The position numbers and the translations under genes were made by a program. A model generated the notes under the pieces. It was not told where the DNA came from. It made no database searches and was given only the letters and a program-made list of their open reading frames with translations. Positions 56,291 through 64,000 of a stretch of 64,000 nt of DNA are shown here, piece after piece (positions within the stretch are counted from its first letter, which is position 1; each line of letters opens with the position of its first letter). The DNA comes from Nitrosarchaeum sp. (GTDB taxonomy: Archaea > Thermoproteota > Nitrososphaeria > Nitrososphaerales > Nitrosopumilaceae). Location of the stretch: assembly GCA_965223865.1 (NCBI GenBank), contig OZ245020.1, positions 896,001-960,000 on the forward strand. Direction: 5' to 3'.

Positions 56291-56644
56291 ATGGGAGATA
56301 TTAAACAAGTAATTGTTGTTAGGACTGATCTTGAGATGGGAAAAGGAAAGATCGCAGCTCAGGTAGGGCATGCTTGTGTATTGGGTGCAGAACATGTCCG
56401 AAAATCTCATCCTGAATGGTTTAATCATTGGTGGGGAGGACAAGAAAAAGTTGTAGTAAAAGTTTCAGGAATCAAGGAATTACAAGAAATAAAACGACAC
56501 GCAATTGATTTGAACTTGCCTTGGTCTGAGGTTACAGATGCTGGTCATACTCAAATTACTCCTGGTACAATCACATGTATTTCAATTGGTCCTGCGCCAG
56601 AAAATCTAATTGATAAGATTACTGGAGATTTGAAATTATTGTGA
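56291..56644 (+). CDS. pth2: Peptidyl-tRNA hydrolase 2
   Basis: VRTDLEMGKGKIAAQVGHA, DAGHTQI, ITGDLKLL. Confidence 0.96.
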   Translation: MGDIKQVIVVRTDLEMGKGKIAAQVGHACVLGAEHVRKSHPEWFNHWWGGQEKVVVKVSGIKELQEIKRHAIDLNLPWSEVTDAGHTQITPGTITCISIGPAPENLIDKITGDLKLL

Positions 56645-56696
56645 AATTAAAATAAATCCTAGAAGAGATATAATGAGGTTACCAAATTCTTAATTC

Positions 56697-58280
56697 GTGA
56701 AGAAAAAAGGAGTTATTGTTACTGTTTTCTTTGGTGTCATTTTACTTACTTCTACTGTTGCAATTGCTATTCCAAACATTGTTCCTGAAGATGAAGAATC
56801 AGAAATTACTCTAACTGGAACTCCTGCAGATAATTTTCCTGATGAACAGCGTGCACAATTTTGTGGTTCTGGAGATGCAAAATCTACTCCTTATGTTAAA
56901 GAATATACAATTCCAACTGAATGTACGAATCCTTTAGCTATAGTTGCTGACTATGAGGGTATTGTTTGGTTTGCACAAACTAATACTGGAAAATTAGCAA
57001 AGTTCGATCCTCAAACAGAATCTTTCTCAGAATTTGATAATCCTTCCTGGCCCAAAGGGGGTCGTTCAATGATGTGGGGTATTGATTATTCCCCTGATGG
57101 CACTGTTTGGTTTACTGATGAAACATATGATTCTCTATGGAGATTTTCTCCTGACACTCAAAAGTATCAACGAGTAGCTTATCCTTCTGAAGGAAATTCC
57201 TTACCACAACGTCTGAAAGTAGAAGGTTCTCAAATAATTGTTAATGACTTTACTGGAAACAAAATCACTTTTTTGGACCCAACTCAAACTGGTGATGAAC
57301 TTAATTATCTCAGCCTTCCTTCTCCTGTAGATAACTCTGTAACAAGTGACTTTGCAGTTGATGCTGATGATAATATTTGGTATACGAATTGGTTATTCCA
57401 GGAAAGTGGGGTTTTGGTTAAATATGATCAAAGAGGTTTCCAAGAATCTGTAATTAGCTCGGGAGAAGACACTCTTCCATTATTCGATTTTATTGAAGTA
57501 TTTGAGTTACCGACTGACCTACTTACCCCTAATGGTGCTGTGGTTACTGAAGATGGAAAAATCTGGATTGCAGATACATCTAGTTCTCACTTTTTCAGTT
57601 TCGATCCTGAATCTGAGTTATTCACACAATATGTGACATCTGAACCTCAACTATTGACCTATGGAAATTCTACTGGAATAATTAAAACTCCAATATCTAG
57701 ACCCTATTGGATTGATGTTGATTCTATGGGAAAATTGGTTTTCAATGAACAAACTTCTAACAGCATTGCAGTTATGAATCCTGCCAAAGAATCCCTTGTT
57801 GAATATTCTATTCCTTCAAGAAATCCAAATTGGGGTGATTGTGGCAATTTGCAAAACTGTGGATTGGCCCAAATTTTCGATTTTGCCATTTATGAAGACA
57901 AAATTTGGTTTACTGAATGGGTGGAAAATAATATTGGAGTAGTTGATACTTCGGTAGAGTTACCTCTAAGTGTAGAATTAGACACTGACACCATTTCAAT
58001 AAAATCGGGCGAATCTGAAAATCTTAACTTTGCAATTTATCCCCAATCTGATGAGGATTTACTTGGAGTGTCATTGGTAATTTCTACCACTCATGACTTT
58101 TTGAATGTGAGTACAAATTCTCCACGAACATTCCAATTAGATTTTGATGGTCCAAGACCAATTGATGTAACAATTTCTGCAAATGAAGAAGCAGTTTCAG
58201 GAACCTACAAAGTTCTATTAGGTGCCCAAACAGAGGATGTTTCAATTAGCAAATTTGTTACACTCACAATAGAGTCGTGA
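56697..58280 (+). CDS. Secreted Vgb-lyase-like beta-propeller protein
   Basis: Signal/anchor; repeated G-x-(V/I)WF(T/A) blades; C-terminal Ig-like domain. Confidence 0.8.
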   Translation: MKKKGVIVTVFFGVILLTSTVAIAIPNIVPEDEESEITLTGTPADNFPDEQRAQFCGSGDAKSTPYVKEYTIPTECTNPLAIVADYEGIVWFAQTNTGKLAKFDPQTESFSEFDNPSWPKGGRSMMWGIDYSPDGTVWFTDETYDSLWRFSPDTQKYQRVAYPSEGNSLPQRLKVEGSQIIVNDFTGNKITFLDPTQTGDELNYLSLPSPVDNSVTSDFAVDADDNIWYTNWLFQESGVLVKYDQRGFQESVISSGEDTLPLFDFIEVFELPTDLLTPNGAVVTEDGKIWIADTSSSHFFSFDPESELFTQYVTSEPQLLTYGNSTGIIKTPISRPYWIDVDSMGKLVFNEQTSNSIAVMNPAKESLVEYSIPSRNPNWGDCGNLQNCGLAQIFDFAIYEDKIWFTEWVENNIGVVDTSVELPLSVELDTDTISIKSGESENLNFAIYPQSDEDLLGVSLVISTTHDFLNVSTNSPRTFQLDFDGPRPIDVTISANEEAVSGTYKVLLGAQTEDVSISKFVTLTIES

Positions 58281-59473
58281 TACCAAAAATAGATTCTCAA
58301 ATTGGCATTTTAGTTTACAGTACCTCCTTTAATGGAATTGGAGGAAGAATCAAGAATAATCCTGAAGATTTTGAAGTATTTGAGATAATTTCTGACAGAT
58401 CATTAAAATCAATAAAAGAGCAAGAAGGTTATGCTGTATTCAAACTTAAAAAGAAAAATATTGATACAAATCATGCACTTTCGGATATATTTAGAAAAAA
58501 AGGAATTAGACTAAAGGCGCTTGGACTCAAAGATGCTTCCGCTGTTACGGTTCAGTTTGTTTGTTCAAATAACAAAGGTAAATCTATTAATAGTTTTCTT
58601 TCTGAAAAATATTCTCTTCAAAAAGTTGGATATGTAAAAAAACCCTTATCAAAAAAAGATATGATTGCAAATCACTTTAAAATCAACATCTCTAATTGCA
58701 ACAATCAGTTAGAAGAATTTCATGAATATGAAAAAGTTTTGAATTTCTATGGATATCAAAGATTCGGCTCAAAAAGACCTGTTACGCATCTTATCGGAAA
58801 GGCGATTTTACAGAAAAATTTCAAACAAGCTATTGATTTGATACTCTCATTTACATCATCGTACGATTTTACAGAAAACACTGAGATTAGAGAAAAACTT
58901 ATAGACAAATCAAATTATGCCCGATATTTTAGAGATGTTCCTCATCAAATGGATATAGAACGGATTGTTCTTCGAGAAATGATTGAACATGATAATGAAA
59001 AAAAGGCAATACGTGCAATTCCTCTTTCTTTAAGAAGATTTTACATTCAAGCATATCAATCCTATTTGTTTAATCACTCATTGAGCTCTGCATTTTCTGA
59101 TGGGGAGAATATGTTTAAAATTCAGGAGGGCGATGTATGTTTTGACTCAAACGGAAAGATTGGAAAGTATGTTAAAGATGGGGAACAAAACCTTTCATTA
59201 CCTTTTGTTGGGTACTCATATTACAAAAAAACCCGTTTTGATTATTATATTTCTAAAATTTTAAAAAATGAAGAAATATCTCCTAAGGACTTTTTCATAA
59301 AAGAGATGCAAGAAGTAAGCAGTGAAGGTGGATTTAGACAAGCTACAATACATTGTACAAATTATTCGTCATTTGATAATTCCGTAGAGTTTTCATTATC
59401 ACGTGGATCTTTTGCAACCATTTTACTACGTGAAATAATGAAACCTAAAGACCCTATAGGAGCAGGTTTTTGA
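58277..59473 (+). CDS. truD: tRNA pseudouridine(13) synthase
   Basis: PEDFEV, GLKDA, NFYGYQRFG, AYQSYLFN and GSFATILLRE motifs. Confidence 0.95.
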   Translation: MIPKIDSQIGILVYSTSFNGIGGRIKNNPEDFEVFEIISDRSLKSIKEQEGYAVFKLKKKNIDTNHALSDIFRKKGIRLKALGLKDASAVTVQFVCSNNKGKSINSFLSEKYSLQKVGYVKKPLSKKDMIANHFKINISNCNNQLEEFHEYEKVLNFYGYQRFGSKRPVTHLIGKAILQKNFKQAIDLILSFTSSYDFTENTEIREKLIDKSNYARYFRDVPHQMDIERIVLREMIEHDNEKKAIRAIPLSLRRFYIQAYQSYLFNHSLSSAFSDGENMFKIQEGDVCFDSNGKIGKYVKDGEQNLSLPFVGYSYYKKTRFDYYISKILKNEEISPKDFFIKEMQEVSSEGGFRQATIHCTNYSSFDNSVEFSLSRGSFATILLREIMKPKDPIGAGF

Positions 59474-59515
59474 GATAAAATTTGTGAATAATTTATCCTC
59501 TGATTATTTATCAGG

Positions 59516-59734
59516 TTATAATCTGATTTTTTTTATAATGAATAATCCAATACCAGATCCTGTCACTATTATGCCAAATATTAAAATCTGCAACCCATAG
59601 TTTATCCACTCTGGATTTGAATACATAAATGACGATTCAGGACCTATTATTGATTGGCCTTGAAGATGAAATATTCCTCCTAGAATCGTAATTATCACTC
59701 CTAAAATAATTACAACTGTTCCTTTTACCATCAA
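59516..59734 (-). CDS. Small two-TM membrane protein
   Basis: Two hydrophobic helices flanking LQGQSIIGPESSFMYSNPEW. Confidence 0.75.
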   Translation of the reverse strand: MMVKGTVVIILGVIITILGGIFHLQGQSIIGPESSFMYSNPEWINYGLQILIFGIIVTGSGIGLFIIKKIRL

Positions 59735-59884
59735 CTGTAACGCAAACTTTACTAGTAAAAAGGGTAAACAGAGTAATTTCTAAAAAATAGTATGCAAAAA
59801 CCATGTTTCTCTAAATATTCAAATTTCAAACAATTTGAGTCTGCATCAAATAAACTCTACATAGATTCAGATGTTCTTCTTACA

Positions 59885-59910
59885 TGTTAACTATATTAAT
59901 ATTGTTAACA
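59885..59910. promoter_or_regulatory. 26-bp near-perfect palindrome, putative operator
   Basis: TGTTAACtATATTAATATtGTTAACA with one mismatched pair, ending 35 nt upstream of the cyclase ATG. Confidence 0.55.
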
Positions 59911-59944
59911 GTATGTTTATCTCAAATAAATTCTAATTTAATTT

Positions 59945-60613
59945 ATGAATCAAGAAATAAAATTGGCACAAACAAATCAAGCCTGTGAAAAACAAAAATT
60001 GGAACATAATGAGAATTTTTCTGACAAAAAGAATGGTGATGTGATTACTACGGTTGGTGCCCCGCAATATTTTTGCGTTGGAATAGTTGACATAATTAAT
60101 TTCACAAAAACTGTAGCTAAAATAGAAACAAATAAGGTACCACAATACTATGAAATTTTTCTAAATAATATGGCAAAAATAGTAAATAGTCAGTATGGAG
60201 AAATTCTAAAAATTATGGGAGATAGTCTTTTATTTTATTTTCCAGAGACTTGTCACTCTCACAAGTCTAGTTTCTTAAATGCTGTAGACTGTGGTTTTTC
60301 CATGATGGTAATACATGAAAAATTAAATCAAATTCTAGAAAAATATGACCTCCCTCAAATTGATTTTAGGATTAGTTTTGATTATGGGAATGTGACTGTG
60401 ATGAGGACTAGAAACGGATTGATTGATCTTGTTGGACCTACAATTAACACCTGTGCAAAAATCAATGATCTGGCCTCAACCAATGGTATGGTTATTGGGC
60501 GTAATCTCTATGAAAAATTAAAACATTTTAATGAATACAGCTTTAAAAAAATAAAAAATTTTTGTATTGATTTAAAATATGAATATCCTGTTTTTATTAT
60601 TTATAAAAAATAA
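59945..60613 (+). CDS. Class III adenylate/guanylate cyclase catalytic-domain protein
   Basis: VDIINFT, LKIMGDS, FRIS and DLVGPTINTCAKI motifs. Confidence 0.9.
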   Translation: MNQEIKLAQTNQACEKQKLEHNENFSDKKNGDVITTVGAPQYFCVGIVDIINFTKTVAKIETNKVPQYYEIFLNNMAKIVNSQYGEILKIMGDSLLFYFPETCHSHKSSFLNAVDCGFSMMVIHEKLNQILEKYDLPQIDFRISFDYGNVTVMRTRNGLIDLVGPTINTCAKINDLASTNGMVIGRNLYEKLKHFNEYSFKKIKNFCIDLKYEYPVFIIYKK

Positions 60614-60655
60614 AAATTGTTAAAAGCATAAACGTTTTTTAAAAAAATAACTTAA

Positions 60656-61708
60656 ATGATGACCAAAGTTTTCCTATTCTCAATCGTTGTGATAATTTCA
60701 CTGTTCATTAGTGCAGGATTTTCGGATTTGTCTTTTGGAGAAACTATTGATTCCCCTAGAAAGCAATTGCAAAATGGGGTGTCTTCTTCGGATATAATCT
60801 GTAAACCTGGATTATCATTAGTAATATTCCATTCTGAAAAACCTGCTTGTTTGAGTCCGACTACTCTCTTAAAATTGGAAGAGCGTGGTTACATTAAATC
60901 TATTTTACGCGAATTTGTGCAAGAAACTCCTGAAATCAAAATTGATGATATTAAACCAACAGTTAGTACTGAATCAACTATTACCGGAAATACTGGCTCT
61001 GCTTCCACACCTCAAATAGAAAACATTCCTGCCTCTGGAGGCTCTGTAGTGAATTTCTATATCACAGATGATGATTTGAATATTAATCGAGGTGGAGTAG
61101 ATATTGTCGAAACAGAAGGTCTGTTAGAATTTTTGATTAATGGTGTCCCAATTGAAGGTCCAGATAGGATGATTGAAACTGGGCCTACTACTGGCCAATT
61201 CTATGTCAAATTACAACTTCCAGAGTCAATAAATGGAAAGGCTATTGATCAGGATGATGTAGTTGAGATTAGATATTTAGACGAATCTGATGCTGGAGGA
61301 GAACAGCGAATAAGCACAAAATCAATACCGTTGTCAAAAACCTATGCTCAAGTACAAACCTCTGGAGGAGGTAAAACAAGAATAGGGCATGAATTTACTG
61401 TGAGAATATATGAGCCTGATGCCAATCTTGATTCAAAGGATGTAAACAAAATTTCCTTAAACCAAATAGAATACCGAGGCGAAGGAGGAATCAGAACAAC
61501 TTTGGCTAACCCTGTATTTGATGCAAATGCTTCATTCCTAAGAGAAACCGGAGAAAATACTGGTATTTTTGAAGTAATAATTAAAATTCCACGAATCATA
61601 GATGGGGATCCAGTTCACATTGGTGACTGGTATGAACTTAGATATATTGACGTATCTACACCTTCCAATACATCTGAAGAAATTAAACTTCAAGGAAGAA
61701 TAGGATGA
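60656..61708 (+). CDS. Secreted protein with S-layer-like repeats
   Basis: Signal peptide; SPRKQ...CKPG...PAC domain; two units containing DxN and ETGxxTGxF motifs. Confidence 0.75.
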   Translation: MMTKVFLFSIVVIISLFISAGFSDLSFGETIDSPRKQLQNGVSSSDIICKPGLSLVIFHSEKPACLSPTTLLKLEERGYIKSILREFVQETPEIKIDDIKPTVSTESTITGNTGSASTPQIENIPASGGSVVNFYITDDDLNINRGGVDIVETEGLLEFLINGVPIEGPDRMIETGPTTGQFYVKLQLPESINGKAIDQDDVVEIRYLDESDAGGEQRISTKSIPLSKTYAQVQTSGGGKTRIGHEFTVRIYEPDANLDSKDVNKISLNQIEYRGEGGIRTTLANPVFDANASFLRETGENTGIFEVIIKIPRIIDGDPVHIGDWYELRYIDVSTPSNTSEEIKLQGRIG

Positions 61709-61823
61709 AAAATTAATTGATGCAAAGCCTAAACCAATAATTTTAATAAAATTTAGTAAACTAATACAAAATAATATTTACCATTTTTGGTATCCTTTTT
61801 CTCCTTTTACTGATGTTGTTGAT

Positions 61824-62030
61824 TCATCTTGGAATTTCAATTTGTTCGTCTTGCCAAAGGTAATCAAAGCTGGTATACATAGACATTCTGCCACAGTTTG
61901 GGCATTTCCACATATTCTCAAAAAGCTCAGATTTTTCTTTTGCCTTAACAAATTCCTGATGTGTGGTAACTGATTGTATGGGTGAATCATGAATTGTCTT
62001 GCAACTCTTACATCTTACTACCGCTGTCAT
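61824..62030 (-). CDS. Small zinc-ribbon protein
   Basis: RCKSC...KCPNCG. Confidence 0.7.
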   Translation of the reverse strand: MTAVVRCKSCKTIHDSPIQSVTTHQEFVKAKEKSELFENMWKCPNCGRMSMYTSFDYLWQDEQIEIPR

Positions 62031-62287
62031 CTTAAGTGATGTTCTTCAAAATAGCAAAAAATAACAAAAATCAAAATTTTTTCACAACAAGACTAGAAAT
62101 CAGAGCAATCTAATTTGAAAAATCCTAGAGACTCATTTTAGACATAAAAATTCATTATTTTAGAATACTTTGGCTTGAGCATATAGGACACCCCCAAGAA
62201 ACCCTTGTTTAGGCATAGTAAAAATTGATAATTTGAACAAATGATTTTTTGACCTATTCTTTAATCATTTTTCTCTTATTCAAAAAA

Positions 62288-62977
62288 ATGTATAACTGGG
62301 AATATGGCGAATCTGAATCTAACTCTCACAAATATCTTAACCTAATTCTATTTACTTTGTCTGCAACTTCGGCAATTACTGTTTTTATGATTTTTCATCC
62401 TCAAATTGAAGCAATTAACCGTGAATCCCCTATTTTGATAAATATTATGTTTGCCCCTGCAATGGCGGTGGGTTTTCTCTATGGAGTGCGTATTACTGAA
62501 AGAGCAGTCAAACCTTCCGAAACACGTAGTCCATTTAAAAGATCTATTGTAAAGATATTCTTATTCTTTTTTGTAATTGGTGGAATGTTTAGCTCTGTAA
62601 ATTTTGCAATTAATGGAGGTAGCATAATGCCTGAAATGACTATACTTGAAAATGGTTTACTGACCTGGCTAACAGAGTTTGTGACTGCAAATGGAGGTGC
62701 AACGTTCCTTATCATATCCAGTATTGCACTAATGGCAGCTGCAACAAAGCGAATTGTGGGAATGAATACGGGAATTCTTAATAGAATTGTCACCTTTGTA
62801 GGAACTTTTGTATTCTTTACATTGTTAGTTCTCAGTTTTACAAAATCTGATCCTACTTCATCAGGGGTATTTTTGTATACTTTCTATCAAGCAGGAATTG
62901 TAGGTGGAGCATTTTATGCGATGAATAAGCTAACTAGAAATCTTAATACTATGGAAGACTTTGCTAACGGGTTTTAA
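62288..62977 (+). CDS. Hypothetical multi-pass membrane protein
   Basis: About 6 hydrophobic segments; ATG 62288 preferred over TTG 62249. Confidence 0.8.
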   Translation: MYNWEYGESESNSHKYLNLILFTLSATSAITVFMIFHPQIEAINRESPILINIMFAPAMAVGFLYGVRITERAVKPSETRSPFKRSIVKIFLFFFVIGGMFSSVNFAINGGSIMPEMTILENGLLTWLTEFVTANGGATFLIISSIALMAAATKRIVGMNTGILNRIVTFVGTFVFFTLLVLSFTKSDPTSSGVFLYTFYQAGIVGGAFYAMNKLTRNLNTMEDFANGF

Positions 62978-62979
62978 AA

Positions 62980-63228
62980 TTACTCTTCTAAATCAACGTA
63001 AATTCCGGAAATATCGTTGTTGATTCTATCCCAATATTTCTCACACCCATCGGATTTGAAATCATTTGCCTTGCATTCATTAAAGTGGGCTGTGTTGTCT
63101 CTTTGAATAGTATCTGCATACAAGACATCTGCGCCTATGGCAAGTGTCAGTAATGCAACTGCTGTAAGACTGGCTGAAACTACGATCATCGCATAACCTA
63201 CTTTTGCATGATTATGAGGCTCTTTCAT
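62980..63228 (-). CDS. Hypothetical single-TM protein
   Basis: 82 aa with one TM and a Cys pair. Confidence 0.7.
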   Translation of the reverse strand: MKEPHNHAKVGYAMIVVSASLTAVALLTLAIGADVLYADTIQRDNTAHFNECKANDFKSDGCEKYWDRINNDISGIYVDLEE

Positions 63229-63348
63229 TTGATCAAAAACCCTTCTTCCTTGAATTTAATCTTTTCAAGAATGTTATCTACTAGAAAATATTGGCACTAT
63301 TCCATCTTGATAAGAAAATAGAAAAGTTAGTAAGTAAATCTATACTTA

Positions 63349-63867
63349 TTGAGCATTCAAATCATGCAATATGAGTTCCTAGGACCAATAAATCTTGATG
63401 AATGGGGACCTCCTATGGAAAAAGTAGTATATCTAATACTATCTCGCGAAAAAGACACCTTCAAAATTCTTTATGCTAATGAATGTGAAAAAACCAGTGA
63501 AAATGGGTTTTTTATAAAAAATCCAAACTTCAAGTGTTGGGTTGAAAAGTCTGGTTCTGAAAAATTTCTATATTTGGCCATACTTCCAATGTTTGAATCT
63601 GGGTCTGAGCAGAGAAAGCGTACATTATCCAAAATCATTGCCAGATATCAACCAATATGCAACATAGAAAGTATGCCTGAAGAAAAACTTGATTATGCTG
63701 TTCGCTCAAAACCCACCTCCGAAAGCAAGAATACTGAGAAATCAGAATCTGAAAGAATTATTTGTCCTTGCTGTGGTTCTGAAATGAACATTGAAAAAGT
63801 TTTAGAGAAATCAAGCATTTTCAAGTGTTCTGAATGTGGCCTGAGTGATACTAAACTTAACTCTTAA
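63349..63867 (+). CDS. Hypothetical protein with GIY-YIG-like N-terminus and C-terminal zinc ribbon
   Basis: VVYLIL...ILYANE...YQPICN; CPCC...CSEC. Confidence 0.7.
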   Translation: MSIQIMQYEFLGPINLDEWGPPMEKVVYLILSREKDTFKILYANECEKTSENGFFIKNPNFKCWVEKSGSEKFLYLAILPMFESGSEQRKRTLSKIIARYQPICNIESMPEEKLDYAVRSKPTSESKNTEKSESERIICPCCGSEMNIEKVLEKSSIFKCSECGLSDTKLNS

Positions 63868-64000
63868 TTTTGTTTTGGACTTCAAATAACTGCAATGTTA
63901 ACAGGTCAATTGCTTTTTTCAAATGCTCAAATTCGTTAATTGAATGGATTTGGCCTTCAACCAGTGCTCTTAATATCTTCGTTTCTCCTTTTTGAAATTC
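63857..64000 (-). CDS. 3' end of a hypothetical protein (start outside the window)
   Basis: Open frame EFQKGETKILRALVEGQIHSINEFEHLKKAIDLLTLQLFEVQNKIKS, stop at 63857-63859. Confidence 0.6.
   Translation of the reverse strand, partial: EFQKGETKILRALVEGQIHSINEFEHLKKAIDLLTLQLFEVQNKIKS

Noticed and set aside
56697-58280. Vgb-like protein as an antibiotic resistance gene
   Set aside because: Only generic beta-propeller similarity; it is secreted, much larger than Vgb and embedded among core genes.
1837-62793. Numerous antisense or overlapping ORFs in the track (e.g. 1837-2118, 6707-7231, 16664-17098, 33800-34300, 44296-44727, 52920-53312)
   Set aside because: They overlap well-supported genes and have no motifs; they are shadow ORFs.

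Overview
This is an AT-rich archaeal chromosomal segment. Gene content (LysW-dependent Arg/Lys genes, archaeal-type NirK, divergent FtsZ, cupredoxins, HerA-NurA-Mre11-Rad50, Cdc48, H+-PPase, CFI-box and PEF-CTERM surface proteins) points to an ammonia-oxidising thaumarchaeote of the Nitrosopumilus type. Most of the window is core housekeeping genes. Small variable patches lie at about 6.0-6.5 kb, 24.5-28.2 kb, 36.2-39.8 kb, 55.1-56.3 kb and 59.5-62.2 kb. I saw no tRNA, rRNA, CRISPR array, transposase or integrase. Several features are missing from the ORF track: argC, lysW, rpl39e, several microproteins, a C/D-box sRNA, and frameshifted mdh-like and TPR genes. The best leads are: (1) a half-length deoxyhypusine-hydroxylase-like HEAT protein with both His-Glu motifs, a candidate archaeal DOHH; (2) a 0.9-kb gene-free stretch with a duplicated 14-bp promoter-like element, hairpins and a micro-ORF, lying between an RHH-like regulator and a degenerate Afp15-like AAA gene; (3) a structured leader upstream of rpl15e; (4) a C/D-box guide RNA; (5) a 26-bp palindrome upstream of a class III cyclase. 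All family calls come from motif recognition, not database searches.
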